NCBI GenBank assembly: GCA_963845285.1
Contig: CAWJRO010000016.1
Coordinates: forward strand, 53,908-117,907
Length of the DNA stretch: 64,000 bases
DNA from: an uncultured Methanobacteriaceae archaeon
Lineage (GTDB): Archaea > Methanobacteriota > Methanobacteria > Methanobacteriales > Methanobacteriaceae
Direction: 5' to 3'
Shown here: piece by piece, positions 1 through 11,350 of the stretch
Numbering within the stretch: position 1 is the stretch's first letter
How the letters are laid out: each line of letters starts with the position of its first letter
The notes under the pieces: generated by a model
The model's database searches: none
What the model was told of the DNA's origin: nothing
The model's input: the letters and a program-made list of their open reading frames with translations, nothing else
Program-made: the position numbers and the translations under genes

Positions 1-842
1 ATGGATGTACAGGTAAAGGAAATGATCAGTTCAGATTTGAATCAACCATAAGATCAGAATCATCATGCAACGTAATAGCCCCAGTAAGAGATTTAAACCT
101 CACAAGAACTGAGGAAATGGAATATGCAAAGTCTAACAACATACCACTTCAGTCTGACAAGCTTTACAGTATCGATGAGAACGTTTGGGGAAGATCAATA
201 GAAGGAGACATCCTCGAAGACCCTATGGTAGAAATACCTGAAGATGCTTTTGCATGGACACGTTCAAGTGACGATGCACCAGATGAAGCCCAGGTAGTTG
301 AGATGGAATTTGAAAATGGTGTTCCAGTGGCCCTTGACGGTAAAAAAATGACACCCCTTGAGATCATCAAGGAGTGCAACCGAATAGCAGGCATGCACGG
401 CATTGGAAGAGTTGACATGCTTGAGGACAGGATAATTGGCCTTAAATCCAGGGAAAACTACGAAACACCCGGCGCAATTTTCATAATAACCGCTCACAAA
501 GCCCTTGAGCAGATGACGCTCACCAGAGAAGAGCTTAAATTCACTGAAATTGTTTCACAAACCTATTCTGAGCTTGTTTACAATGGATTATGGCACGAGC
601 CCTTGCGAGAAGACCTTGACCACCTTGTAGATAACATGCAAAAACGTGTGACAGGTGTTGTCAAACTAAGGCTTCACAAAGGCGGAATGAGAATTTTAGG
701 TCGTAAATCTCCTTGCAGCCTCTACAGTCAGGAAGCTGTGTCCTTTGAAGACAAGGAACTGGATCAGCGCGAAATGGCAGGCATGGTTAAAAATTATGGT
801 TTACAGGCAGCATGCTTCCAGAAAATGCGTAAAAATGAGTGA
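1..842 (+). CDS. argG: argininosuccinate synthase, C-terminal part (5' end lies outside the window)
   Basis: The frame is open from position 3. It translates to [13 protein letters not shown]... and continues into the 241-aa ORF ([10 protein letters not shown]... [13 protein letters not shown]), the conserved ArgG C-terminal region. Stop at 842. Confidence 0.9.
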   Translation, partial: GCTGKGNDQFRFESTIRSESSCNVIAPVRDLNLTRTEEMEYAKSNNIPLQSDKLYSIDENVWGRSIEGDILEDPMVEIPEDAFAWTRSSDDAPDEAQVVEMEFENGVPVALDGKKMTPLEIIKECNRIAGMHGIGRVDMLEDRIIGLKSRENYETPGAIFIITAHKALEQMTLTREELKFTEIVSQTYSELVYNGLWHEPLREDLDHLVDNMQKRVTGVVKLRLHKGGMRILGRKSPCSLYSQEAVSFEDKELDQREMAGMVKNYGLQAACFQKMRKNE

Positions 843-1170
843 AGTGAGATAAAAAAATAAATAGGATAAAATGGGATCATTTTATGGTTTTACCCCTAAA
901 ATCAAATCCTTAAAAAATCCTATTTCTTTATTAGTTCCACTTTTTTACACCATCGAACCTGAATTATTAAAATTATCTTAAGAATTGTCTATTGAATATC
1001 CTAATTTTTTTATCCCACTCTTTATTCTGAATATTTTTCTAATTTAAACTCATTTTCGTTGTAAACTGTACAAATTATTTATAAATGTAAATAGTACAAA
1101 TGAATATTATTTCTGCAATTAAATGTATCAACAATAAACTTATCAACGAATACGTGCATCAAGGATTAAC

Positions 1171-1434
1171 ATGGTCATAGAAAGTTTTTTAGTCGGAATT
1201 TTACTTGTAATACTGGTAGTAGTGGGCTTAATAATCCTTTTCAAGGCCGCCGGGATAATCATTAAGATCCTGTTACACATGGCTCTAGGATTTATACTGC
1301 TTTTCATAGTGGATTTAATTCCGTTTATCCATGTTCCCCTCAATATCATCACGATTTTGGTTGCTGGATTCGGAGGGGTTTTTGGAGTGGTGCTGCTCAT
1401 TATTTTGAGTGCTTTCGGAATTACGTGGTTATAA
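1171..1434 (+). CDS. small hydrophobic membrane protein (hypothetical)
   Basis: 87-aa ORF with 2-3 predicted TM helices, lying in an otherwise non-coding AT-rich spacer. No recognisable family. Confidence 0.35.
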   Translation: MVIESFLVGILLVILVVVGLIILFKAAGIIIKILLHMALGFILLFIVDLIPFIHVPLNIITILVAGFGGVFGVVLLIILSAFGITWL

Positions 1435-1571
1435 TATCTTATGATTATTAAAAAGACTTTTTTTACTTATTTAATTTTAAATTCTTTAAAATAAAACTTT
1501 TTTTGGATTTATAAAGTTTCATAGCTGGGGATTTTCTTCATAAATTATTTTCATAGTTTATAACTATATTT

Positions 1572-1678
1572 GAGGCTGTCTCATGATTACTTTTGACATA
1601 TGTAATTTTGCTTATTTTTGAATTTAAAGTTTTATTTGTCCTTATTTTTTTGCAAATTCTGAACTATGAGACATCCTC
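1572..1678. mobile_element. MITE (type 1) derived from the GAGGCTGTCTCATGA-TIR IS family
   Basis: 107-bp non-coding element. It begins GAGGCTGTCTCATGATTAC and ends TATGAGACATCCTC. The internal sequence is near-identical to the elements at 27992-28097 and, as reverse complement, 48522-48628. Confidence 0.75.
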
Positions 1679-1780
1679 TATTTTGAATAAAAAGAAAACT
1701 TGGTATTAATGATAAAAAAGATAATAAAAAATATAAAAAATAAAAAAATATAAAAAAGATAGATAAAAGTCAAACTCTTT

Positions 1781-3292
1781 TTAGCCCATAAAAACCTTAG
1801 GAATGAATCTTAAAAGGTCGCTTGCCAGAAAATTGTATCCATACTCAGAAGCTGCAGAATCCCCTGCCACCCCATTTATGTAAGTCCCGAGACAAGCTGC
1901 TTCAAATGCATCATGACCTTGAGCAATCAAACCTCCAACAAGACCTGCCAGAACATCTCCAGTTCCTCCAACTGTCATTCCAGGATTTCCTGTTGCATTA
2001 AACTTTACGTACTTGCCATTTGAAACCATGTCCACAGAACCTTTAAGTAAAACAACGCACCCCGAGCTTTTAGAAGCTTCTAAAACTGTTTCAACTTTGT
2101 TTTCAAAGTTTTGAGGAACATTTAAATCAAAAACTGCCTTGAACTCCGCATTATGGGGTGTTAAAACAATTTCTCTTCCTAATTTTTTGGTTGATTTTTT
2201 AATTACATTCAGATCAATAAGTTTCAAAGCATCTGCATCGATTATCAGTGGTTTTTCAATTTTGCAGACCAACTCATCCAATGCAATAGCCGTATCATCT
2301 TTTCTACCGATTCCACAACCAACAACAACAGAATCAGCACTTTTTGAAAGTTCTATTATTCCATCAACATTTTCCTGATTTATAAAATTGCCTGAAATAT
2401 GGTCTGAAAGAGTTTTTACAATTAAATCCGGAGAATAAGATCTTATTGAAGATGCAACACTTGAAGGACATGCTAAAACCGAAATATCCGCCCCTGATCG
2501 TAGAGATGACATTGCTGCAAAGGCAGGTGCTCCTGAATAATCTTTACTCCCCCCTAAAACAAGTATTCTGCCATTTTGACCTTTATGGGATGAGTCATCC
2601 CTACTTTTAAGTCTTAAAAGATCTCCTGGACCTGTAAATAACTCAGCTTCTTTAGGTATCCCGATGTCACAAATCTGCACTTTCCCCACATGTTCAATTC
2701 TAGCATTTTTAAGCCCTGTTTTTGCCTGGTGGAATGTTATTGTGCTGTCCGCAATTACTGTTTTATCAGAAACTTCACCTGTAAGGGGGTCAAGACCACT
2801 TGGAATATCAACTGCCACTTTAAAACCTTTTAAACTGTTTATAATATCAATTGCACTTGATACAGGTTCTCTAAGTTTTCCTTTTATCCCAGTTCCAAGT
2901 ATTGCATCTACAACAACACCGGCATCCATGTCTTCACCTAATTTTTTGAGCTTAGATGAATCTTCAACCACATACATTTTAAGTGGATTTAGCCCTTTAT
3001 CTATCCTTTGCAGAACATCCCAGTTTATCCGGGCTTCATCTGATTTTATCCTTGACGGGTTGCTTAAGATGAAAACTTCGACTTCAAAACCCTTGTTTAG
3101 AAGGTACCTTGCTGCCACAAATCCATCACCACCATTACCACCCGTTCCCGCGAATATTACCACTTTACACGGTTTTATTATCTCAGATATCTTATCAGCA
3201 AGGCATCTTCCAGCATTTTCCATTAAAGATAACCTTGGAATCCCTAAAGCCGCAGCATTGGTATCTACAGCCATCATGTCCTTCGGAGTCAT
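1781..3292 (-). CDS. nnr: bifunctional NAD(P)H-hydrate repair enzyme Nnr (epimerase + ADP-dependent dehydratase)
   Basis: 503 aa. The N-terminal YjeF-N ([18 protein letters not shown]) and C-terminal carbohydrate-kinase-like domain (GGTGDVLAG) are both present. Confidence 0.85.
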   Translation of the reverse strand: MTPKDMMAVDTNAAALGIPRLSLMENAGRCLADKISEIIKPCKVVIFAGTGGNGGDGFVAARYLLNKGFEVEVFILSNPSRIKSDEARINWDVLQRIDKGLNPLKMYVVEDSSKLKKLGEDMDAGVVVDAILGTGIKGKLREPVSSAIDIINSLKGFKVAVDIPSGLDPLTGEVSDKTVIADSTITFHQAKTGLKNARIEHVGKVQICDIGIPKEAELFTGPGDLLRLKSRDDSSHKGQNGRILVLGGSKDYSGAPAFAAMSSLRSGADISVLACPSSVASSIRSYSPDLIVKTLSDHISGNFINQENVDGIIELSKSADSVVVGCGIGRKDDTAIALDELVCKIEKPLIIDADALKLIDLNVIKKSTKKLGREIVLTPHNAEFKAVFDLNVPQNFENKVETVLEASKSSGCVVLLKGSVDMVSNGKYVKFNATGNPGMTVGGTGDVLAGLVGGLIAQGHDAFEAACLGTYINGVAGDSAASEYGYNFLASDLLRFIPKVFMG

Positions 3293-3368
3293 GGTATCAC
3301 TACTTATAAATTATAATTTGAATAAAAAACTATACTTTATATGATTTGGAGTTTCATATTACTATTTA

Positions 3369-4654
3369 ATGACAATTGCGAACTCCAAAAATAAATTTGA
3401 ATCTGAGAGTATTAATAATTTTCCGGATGAAGATGAGAAATTTCAAGAATTCTTAACTGTTAAAAGGATAAAACCCGCAACGATCGAAAATTATAAAGTA
3501 ACAATCCGAAAATACCACCAAGCCATTGGATTAACTCCTTCTGAGTTCATAAAGAGGCTGAAGACGAAGAAGATGACGGTATAAGACTTAAAAGACGGAA
3601 AATTAAAGGTCATCTTATTAAATACATCCAATACTTACGAAGAAACGGTTTAAAAGAGACTAGTATCAGCAACTATATGATCTATGTTAAATCATTTTAT
3701 TCCACATTTGATATTGAACTTCCGAAAATTCCCATCAAGTTGAATTCACTCCCAAAAAAAGATTATAAAGAATGGGTAAACAAGGAAGACATTAAAAAGG
3801 CCATTAAATACTCTAATCACAAATATAAAGCTATAATTATTTTAATGACATCATCAGGGATGGGATCCGCAGAAATAAGAAGTTTGACATTTGATAACTT
3901 TCTTAAATCTCTAAAAGAATATCTTAAGATTCCATTAAAAAGTCCATACAATGTAGAAGAAATCAGGAACAGCCTTCCCACCAACCAGCACATTATACCA
4001 ACATGGCACATCCAGAGAATAAAAACAGGGGAATATTATTATACATTCTCAAGTCCTGAAAGTGTTGAAGCTATTTTAGATTATTTAGAATATCGTGAAG
4101 CTAAGAATAAACCAATAATAGGATTAAAGGAACCTCTATTTATCGGGAGAAAACCAGGTGATACTCTAAACAAGTACACATTAACATCTGCTTTCCAAAA
4201 AATCAATGATGACGCAGGTTTTGAAGTAATAGGAAATAAACGCTACTTCACTAGTCATGAACTAAGACGGTTTTTTTCTGATCAAGCATTTAAAAGTGGA
4301 ATGCAAGAAAGGGACATTAAATGGTTACGTGGACAAAAACCAAGGGATACATTAAACCGTTATGTTAAACCAGACCCTCAAAACCTTAAAATAGAATACA
4401 TGGAAAAACTATTACCCTGTGTAAGTGTAGAACCCGTAAAAATCTTAGAAATAGAAGAAAACGCTTATCGTAGGTTAAGTGAACTTGAAAAAGAAAGAAT
4501 TGAAATGAAAAACGAAATTGCAGACTTAAAAGGAATAGTAGAAATGATTATTGATCCTAAAACTAAGAAATCAGAAGAATTTTTAAGTGGACGGGAAGAG
4601 TTACTAAAAAAAATAAGCTCAAATAAAGATTCAATCCTAAAAGATAGTCAATAA
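3369..4654 (+). pseudogene. tyrosine recombinase/phage-type integrase, split by a frameshift near 3560-3600
   Basis: ORF 3369-3584 encodes an N-terminal core-binding (SAM-like) domain. ORF 3677-4654 encodes the catalytic domain (R...HELRR...NRYV). The downstream reading frame is already open from 3530 and overlaps the first ORF, so one frame change restores a single ~420-aa integrase. Confidence 0.7.
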
Positions 4655-5114
4655 TCTACTTTTTTTATTTTTCCTTCTTAATTTATCATATTTAATCAAG
4701 TATTCCCGATATTTTGTTGGATTTAACAATCTTCAGGTCTCCCCAAAAAAATTAATCAATGCCACAAAGATCCCTATTTTTGTAAATTATATAGTAGAAA
4801 AATCAAAAAATAGATTAACGTTAATATATATTATTAATTCCAATTTAAACGCCATATAACTTATTAAACACGATTTAAGTTTTATATTAGATTTTATTAA
4901 TCCTCACCGCATAATGTTCTATTTTAAAAGGTTTCTAAACGCTATATTAACTAATTTAAGTTTAAATATCTATTCTTTTATAAAAAAGAATTTTAATCAT
5001 CTTTCATAGTATATTAAATCTGCTTAAAAGTTTTAATTTTTCAATTACACGACAATGAAAAAGTATTTATGTTATTGTAGCATTAAATATACTATAAATT
5101 AAAGCATATGGGGG

Positions 5115-5297
5115 GTGAAAACGATTAGAGTGTCAAAAACGTTTAGTATGGATTCAAAATATATATTAGAAATAGATAACGCGATTTCGAATGGATTAGC
5201 AGATAATGCATCAGATTTTGTTGAACAAGCAATTAAAAAATTTTTAGAATATGATAAAAAAGTGGATAATAAGAAAATTAAAATTTTGGGAGATTAA
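5115..5297 (+). CDS. small protein, possibly ribbon-helix-helix-like
   Basis: 60-aa ORF with a GTG start preceded by a G-rich Shine-Dalgarno-like run. Its helix-loop-helix C-terminus (SDFVEQAIKKFLE) resembles CopG/RHH regulators. It ends 13 bp before the IS left end. Confidence 0.35.
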   Translation: MKTIRVSKTFSMDSKYILEIDNAISNGLADNASDFVEQAIKKFLEYDKKVDNKKIKILGD

Positions 5298-5309
5298 TGT
5301 TGAATTTAA

Positions 5310-7074
5310 GAGGCTGACCCATAATTATATTATTTTTTTATGGTTTGTTATTATTATCTTTTTTTTATTGGCTTTTTGTGATGGTTAATTATATATTTGT
5401 GGTTATTCTAGTATTTATTATAGTGTTTGTGTTTGTTTGGAGGTTATGTTTATGGTTTTACGTGAAGATAGAATGGGTCAGACTTTTTTAGTGCCAGTAG
5501 ATTTGAAAGAGTTCATTCCAAAGAATCATATATGTTTTTTTATTGTGGATATGGTTGATCAGTTAGATTTTAGTGATCTTGAGAATAAATATCGATATAA
5601 GCCTGGTAAACCTGCTTATTCGCGACGTATGTTAATGAGAATAGTTTTAATGGCTGCTGTGGATGGTGTTTTTTCATCGAGAAAGATTATGAAACTTACA
5701 AATGAAAATTTCATTTATACGTATTTATCTGGTGTTGAATCACCAGATTTTAGGACAATTTTAAGATTTAAAATTGAAGCTAAAAAATTGATAGAAAAAG
5801 CATTTCAGGCTACTGTATTAACTGCAAAGAAATCAGGTATGCTTAATTTGGAACATATCGCCATTGACGGCACAAAAATCAAAGCAAACGCTTCTAACAA
5901 CAATAATTTAACAGAAAAAGAAATACAAACAATTAAAAAAATAATTCAAAAAGGAATTGATGTTGACAAAGAAGAAGACGAATTATACGGTGAAGACAAC
6001 GATAATGATATTAAAATGCCTTTAAATAAAGAAGAAAGAAAAAAATTGATTAAAGAAATATTTAAAGAAATGGAAGATAATGAAAGCAAGAATAAAGAAG
6101 AAAATCGACCTAAAAAATCCGCAGTCAATATTATTGAGCAAGGACTTGAAAATCCTAAGAAAACTTTGGAAAAATTAGGAAAAGTTGAAAAACAACTAAA
6201 AAAAGGAGGACAAAAATCCGTTAGCTTAACAGATCCAGATGCACGCTGGATGAAAAATAAAAAGAATAAAATAGAATTCTCATACAATTCCCAAATCAGT
6301 GTAGACCATAAATCCGGAATAATAGTCACAAACAGCGTAACACAACAACCCACAGACCACCACCAACTAATACCACAAATAAAAAAAATAATCAAAACAA
6401 CAGGACCAATACCAACTAAAACATGCATAAGTGCCGATAATGGATACTTTACACAAGACAATATGGAATACATCCATGAACAGAAATTAGATGCATATAT
6501 ACCCAACCGAAAACAAGCACATACAGCTAAAACATGTAAAAAAGATATAAACAGATTTTCTAAGCACAATTTCAAATATGATCCTCATAATAAGTTATAT
6601 ATCTGTCCAAATAATAAAAAATTATCATATCAAAAGACTTATAGATATAATAACAAAATACGAGAACAATATTACACCCATGAGTGTTTAAAATGTTCAG
6701 ATCAAACCAGCTGCGCTGGAAAGAATCGTATGAAGATAATAACTGATTATAGTGGTGATTTAGCGAGAAAGATGTTTTTAAAGATGGAAACACCTGAAGC
6801 GAAATTGGAATTTGCAAAACGCAAAGAAACCGTTGAATGGCCATTTGGGAATATAAAACAAAATTTAAAGTTCACAGAATATTATACAAGGGGATTAGAA
6901 CAAATAAGAACAGAAAACAATCTAATATGCATAGCACACAACATAAAACGAATATTTAACATAATAACAAAAAAATCCACCCAAATAATCCCAAAAAACC
7001 CAACAACCCCTATCTAAAACAAAAATCCATCCAAAAAAAAAATAATTTTACAAAAAAAATAATGACTCAGCCTC
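5310..7074 (+). mobile_element. IS element copy A (diverged member of the DUF772/DDE IS5/IS1182-like family)
   Basis: TIRs GAGGCTGACCCA (5310) and TGACTCAGCCTC (ends 7074) enclose a single 526-aa transposase ORF. Same architecture as copies B and C. Confidence 0.65.
5437..7017 (+). CDS. DDE transposase with N-terminal DUF772-type domain (IS5/IS1182-like), copy A
   Basis: MVLREDRMGQTFLVP...FIPKNHICFF... is the hallmark N-terminus of IS5/IS1182 transposases. C-terminal DDE region. About 55% identical to the 528-aa copies. Confidence 0.8.
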   Translation: MEVMFMVLREDRMGQTFLVPVDLKEFIPKNHICFFIVDMVDQLDFSDLENKYRYKPGKPAYSRRMLMRIVLMAAVDGVFSSRKIMKLTNENFIYTYLSGVESPDFRTILRFKIEAKKLIEKAFQATVLTAKKSGMLNLEHIAIDGTKIKANASNNNNLTEKEIQTIKKIIQKGIDVDKEEDELYGEDNDNDIKMPLNKEERKKLIKEIFKEMEDNESKNKEENRPKKSAVNIIEQGLENPKKTLEKLGKVEKQLKKGGQKSVSLTDPDARWMKNKKNKIEFSYNSQISVDHKSGIIVTNSVTQQPTDHHQLIPQIKKIIKTTGPIPTKTCISADNGYFTQDNMEYIHEQKLDAYIPNRKQAHTAKTCKKDINRFSKHNFKYDPHNKLYICPNNKKLSYQKTYRYNNKIREQYYTHECLKCSDQTSCAGKNRMKIITDYSGDLARKMFLKMETPEAKLEFAKRKETVEWPFGNIKQNLKFTEYYTRGLEQIRTENNLICIAHNIKRIFNIITKKSTQIIPKNPTTPI

Positions 7075-7374
7075 TTCAGTTTTAGTTTAAATATTTATTT
7101 TAATCCTAAAACCCACAAAACATTCCCTTTCTAATCATTGCCCCAAAAATTTTACTTCGTTAAATCCATATAACGAAGTAAATGTATATTCCAGGATAAC
7201 ATTTAAATACAGAACTTACTATATAAAACGCTCCCCCAATCCCACTCGTCCGATTTCTTTAGCCAGTAAAATTCAACTTATACGAATGTAAAAGAAAAAA
7301 AGCCAAAACTAAACTTTTTTTTACTATTCAACTTCAATTTTAAATGATTTTTATGAAAAATTGAATTTTAAAAT

Positions 7375-9105
7375 TTAAAACTTCCAGATATCCAGAGCTA
7401 TTTTTGCAAGTTCGGATGATCTATCTTGTATCTGTTTTTTACCCCATTCTCTTTGTTGAGACAAGTGACGATTTAATTTTAACCCACTATTTTTGAATCC
7501 ATTTGGCAAGTCCCTTTTTTCTTTAAATGTTTTATTAGAATATTCTTGGTTGTATCCAGTTAATGTTAAATTACCAATAGATTCCAAATGTTTATTCTGT
7601 ATAAATTCCCACTCTTCCCCCAAATCTTTTTTCCACTCTTTACTAATAACTTGAGGCATAATATGCTCAATTTGCATTTCACTTAATTTTACCATTTCTT
7701 TATTTTCAGGGTATCGTTCTATCTCTTCGAGTATGTATCTGAAAACTTTTTTGTAAGAAGTGCTTTCCTTTAGACACTTTCTAAACTCATTTTTCTCAGG
7801 CATACGTTGTGTTCCAGTTCCATTAGCTAATGTTTCTTTTAGAGATTGAGTTATATTAGATTTATCTAGTGACCCATATATTCTTGGGAAATATGAATTC
7901 AATGCATTTACTGGAATACCACAAACATTCCTCCTTACCACAAAAGTTTCAATTGCTTGTAAACAGTCAACAAAATCTTCTATAAAGAACTCTACATTTG
8001 GATTTTTATAATCATCATATAATTTAAGAAGCAGTGGATAAGCAGTAGTACTGTCGAGACGGTTAAATTTATCGAAATAAATTCTTAATGCATTTTCTTT
8101 CTCAGTTTTAGGGTACAAAAATTTACTATAATATTCAGCAAATCGCTTAAGTTTTTCCATTATCTTAATGACACCATCTTCAGTCATGGCATTTTTATCT
8201 AGAAACCCTTTAAATGTTGTGTATAATCTATTAAACGTTGGTAAGTTTCCATCCATAGCTAAATAATGTCTTATGAAACTATCCATTTTCTTGTCTCTGA
8301 CTTGCCTTTTACTTTCAGATTCTTTATCTCCCTCTATTAATGTATGCAAGGGTAACCATATGTTTTTATAAGATTTTTGCTGATTTTTTGGATTTAATTT
8401 CATAAATAAATAATTTCGAACTAGATCTGATTGGGTTAGTGGTACTCCTGTTCCGTTAAGGGTTTCAAATATTAAATAGGGATCATCATTTTCTTCCAAA
8501 GTGATATCAACAATTGAGAAATTAGATAAAATAGTATTTTTAATTAAGTCCAATCTTTCAATCTCATTTATTTCATTAAATTTTCCCTTAAAAAAGCTAT
8601 AAGTCTTGAAAATCCGGTTTTTTGATTCTTTGATCTCCTTTCCTTCCATAATACTAAAAAATATATTTCGATCGTTCTGAGTAGGTACTAATTTATATTT
8701 ATGATGTGGATGATGTTGATTCAGTAAGTAATAATCATCAATTTCAAACTTAGTTATGTGTTCTGGATTTAATTCTATTATCCTTTCCCTAATTGTAGCG
8801 AGTATAATATATATTGTGGTCAATCGTTGTTGTCCATCTACTACAGTAAACTCTGAAACAGTAGAAGCGCCCCCGTCTGTAAGCATCGTTACAAAAGAAC
8901 CAAAAAAGTGATGTTCCATTTTATAATAGTTAGTTTCTGTTTCTTGTATGTCCTCCCACAATCTTTCTAAATCTTTCTTCCCCCAAACGTATTCTCTTTG
9001 AAATAACGGGATTATGAATTGTTTACTTCCTTCTAAAAAGACTCGAATTTGAGTATCATTTGCTTTCATGTTCTTTCCCTCTAGATTTTTGAAATGCTTT
9101 CTCAT
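7375..9105 (-). CDS. GmrSD-like type IV (modification-dependent) restriction endonuclease, DUF262 + DUF1524 fusion
   Basis: The N-terminal ParB/DUF262 motifs FQREYVW and DGQQRLT are present. The C-terminal DUF1524 His-Me finger is present (EHIMPQ...W...HLESIGNLTL...N). 576 aa; the true start may be the internal MKANDTQI. Confidence 0.8.
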   Translation of the reverse strand: MRKHFKNLEGKNMKANDTQIRVFLEGSKQFIIPLFQREYVWGKKDLERLWEDIQETETNYYKMEHHFFGSFVTMLTDGGASTVSEFTVVDGQQRLTTIYIILATIRERIIELNPEHITKFEIDDYYLLNQHHPHHKYKLVPTQNDRNIFFSIMEGKEIKESKNRIFKTYSFFKGKFNEINEIERLDLIKNTILSNFSIVDITLEENDDPYLIFETLNGTGVPLTQSDLVRNYLFMKLNPKNQQKSYKNIWLPLHTLIEGDKESESKRQVRDKKMDSFIRHYLAMDGNLPTFNRLYTTFKGFLDKNAMTEDGVIKIMEKLKRFAEYYSKFLYPKTEKENALRIYFDKFNRLDSTTAYPLLLKLYDDYKNPNVEFFIEDFVDCLQAIETFVVRRNVCGIPVNALNSYFPRIYGSLDKSNITQSLKETLANGTGTQRMPEKNEFRKCLKESTSYKKVFRYILEEIERYPENKEMVKLSEMQIEHIMPQVISKEWKKDLGEEWEFIQNKHLESIGNLTLTGYNQEYSNKTFKEKRDLPNGFKNSGLKLNRHLSQQREWGKKQIQDRSSELAKIALDIWKF

Positions 9106-9361
9106 CTTAATTGTACTTCACTATTTTCATTAAAGAATGATTCCTCATTATTATTGTATTAAATAAATTTTAATATATAAAATAAATAGGATTTTGTAGA
9201 ATTGTAAAATCTTTTTTGAAAATGAGAGCAATAAGTAAAATATTTAGGCAAATTTTTTAAAAAACTAGGAAATAAAACTTTATACCTCGCTGAAATAATG
9301 ATAATGATTAATTAGAATACTTAATAAATTTTTTTAAAGTGAATGGGTTACCAATTTTATT

Positions 9362-10720
9362 GGCACTGTCAAAAACTTGGGGGTTGGGTGTTAAACAGTT
9401 TTTTCTGGTTTTGAATTTCTTTTCTAATGTTTATTCGTGACATTGCACCTGTTTTAATCTTCATTAACCTCTTAACACTTTTAGGAAAGGTTTTTTGAAA
9501 GCTATTCTCTATTCTGTTTGAAGTTCGTTCAATATTTCCATCTTCCAAGAATGCAAAGAAGGTTTTAAAATAAGGCACCAAAGAATCACAGATAATTGAT
9601 TGAATAACCTCTGAATAATCACTAATTTTACTTAAAATTTCGTTAAATTTCTTTCTAGCATTTTTAAAAGATTTACTCTCAAATAAACTGAATAATTCTA
9701 GTTTTTCTTTCCGTATTTTCTTTATTTCTTCTCTATTTAACTTATTTTCTCGGATATGTTTCTTTATGATTTTGTTAAAGTTTTTAAGTGTGTGAAAATA
9801 GCACCATTGGTGTTTAAACCCTAATTTTTCAATAATTGGTTTATATTTCTCATCTAAATCTGTAGTTATGGCAATTTTATTTTTATTCCTCGTATTTTGC
9901 CATAAAAACTCTTGTATATTCTTAGAATTCTCTTTAGAGTATATTTCATCAGCAACAATAATATCCTGTTTACTGTCGAATAAAGTGAATCTGTAATTCC
10001 ACACACCTTTAATTTTAACCCACTCCACATCAAAAATGTAATATCCTGAATAACGGTTTTTAGACTCGTTTTTATGGTTTTTATATCCCAGTATCCAGTT
10101 TTCAATTGTTTGTTGTGAAATATTGACTCCTGTGTCTTTTTTAACTTTATAAGCAATACTTCGCACTGATCCAAAGAATAAACCCACTAATTCAATACAT
10201 CTACTCTTAAAATCATGCGTGAAATTGCTATTATCCTCAACAACTTCCGAAATATCCGTATTGAATTTTTTACCACATTTTTTACATTTATAACTTTGAA
10301 TTTCTGTTTTAACAACGCCTTTATCATAAAAATAAAGTGTTCTTTCGTTAACTCCATTTTTAATCACAAATTTACTGAAACACTCCGGACAAAAAGGTTT
10401 AAACATCTCAATATGGAAAATATTCTTTTTAAACCATTTATGTAACGTTCTAGATACCTTATAATCATTTGGAAGTGATTTTAATTGGTTTTCAACATAT
10501 TTTGACAAATCTTCACAAAAGTAGGAAAGTTTATAACCTTGATCAAACAAACCATTAATTGGAGCAAGTGTTTTTCTTTTTAGCATAGAAAATACTATGC
10601 TCCCTCTTATTATAAAAGTTTTTAGGTTTTTGTTTTAGAAAATAATGGGTTTTAACAGGAATAGAAAAAATTGTTTATCGAAACACAAATTTCAAAACCC
10701 CCCAAGTTTTTGACAGTGTC
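9362..10720 (-). mobile_element. IS6-family insertion sequence with 8-bp target-site duplication
   Basis: Ends are GGCACTGTCAAAAACTTGGGGG (9362) and CCCCCAAGTTTTTGACAGTGTC (ends 10720), a ~22-bp TIR starting with the IS26-like GGCACTGT. The flanking direct repeat ATTTTATT (9354-9361 and 10721-10728) is an 8-bp TSD. Confidence 0.8.
9369..10586 (-). CDS. IS6-family DDE transposase with N-terminal zinc-finger extension
   Basis: The core motif D-x-E-W-V-K-I-K-G-x-W-x-Y (FDVEWVKIKGVWNYRF) matches the IS6 DETYVKIKGxWxYLYRAID signature. CxxC...CxxC zinc ribbon in the N-terminus. 405 aa. Confidence 0.75.
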   Translation of the reverse strand: MLKRKTLAPINGLFDQGYKLSYFCEDLSKYVENQLKSLPNDYKVSRTLHKWFKKNIFHIEMFKPFCPECFSKFVIKNGVNERTLYFYDKGVVKTEIQSYKCKKCGKKFNTDISEVVEDNSNFTHDFKSRCIELVGLFFGSVRSIAYKVKKDTGVNISQQTIENWILGYKNHKNESKNRYSGYYIFDVEWVKIKGVWNYRFTLFDSKQDIIVADEIYSKENSKNIQEFLWQNTRNKNKIAITTDLDEKYKPIIEKLGFKHQWCYFHTLKNFNKIIKKHIRENKLNREEIKKIRKEKLELFSLFESKSFKNARKKFNEILSKISDYSEVIQSIICDSLVPYFKTFFAFLEDGNIERTSNRIENSFQKTFPKSVKRLMKIKTGAMSRINIRKEIQNQKKLFNTQPPSF

Positions 10721-10929
10721 ATTTTATTTAAGTCCTCAAACTCTTTTTTTAAAAGTTGCTTTATAAATTTATATTACTCTATTTCTTTTAAATTAATTTT
10801 AATAATAAATCAAGATAAAAAAATATGTATAAACAAATGTAAAAGTGATATCATGTTAAAACAGGCACCTACTACTAAAAGAGATAAAAATTCGTTTATA
10901 ATGCATTTTTTGATATATCCGAAAAAAAT

Positions 10930-11139
10930 ATGAGTGAAACCCATTACAATCGTTTAAAATGGTATAATATCTATGATAATAGTAAAATTAATGTAAGTAT
11001 TAAGACCAATAGTACTTCTGGAGCTTTTATTGATGTTACTGTAAAATATACTCCGGAATTACCGCATGAACTTGATAAATTAATAGAAAAACATGAAAAA
11101 GAATTTCAGGAGTTTTATAAGGAGAGTATGAGTTATTAA
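10930..11139 (+). CDS. hypothetical protein
   Basis: 69-aa ORF between two IS elements. No recognisable domain. Confidence 0.3.
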   Translation: MSETHYNRLKWYNIYDNSKINVSIKTNSTSGAFIDVTVKYTPELPHELDKLIEKHEKEFQEFYKESMSY

Positions 11140-11350
11140 CCTTCAAAATTTCATAAAATGGTTTATAATCTTGATGATTTAATTAAGTAGATGACAAATT
11201 AAAATGAGTAAAAGCTGATCTAATCATTATATGTAAACTTCGTAATATAGAAGTTTAACGAAGTTAGATATTTTAGATATTTAATTTAAATATAAAACTC
11301 AAAAAAGTATATAAAAACCATCTAACATAGGTACTCGCAGGTGGTTAAAC

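Noticed and set aside
164-497. ORFs antisense to argG (84 aa, 77 aa)
   Set aside because: They lie entirely inside the well-supported ArgG frame on the opposite strand. No start context and low-complexity translations.
2139-3344. Plus-strand ORFs (79, 226, 66 aa) overlapping nnr
   Set aside because: Antisense to a conserved 503-aa enzyme gene. The 226-aa ORF is Ser/Leu/Pro-rich, which is typical of a shadow frame.
5946-6844. Minus-strand ORFs inside transposase copy A (209 aa, 90 aa)
   Set aside because: Shadow ORFs of the A/K-rich transposase gene. No homology signal.
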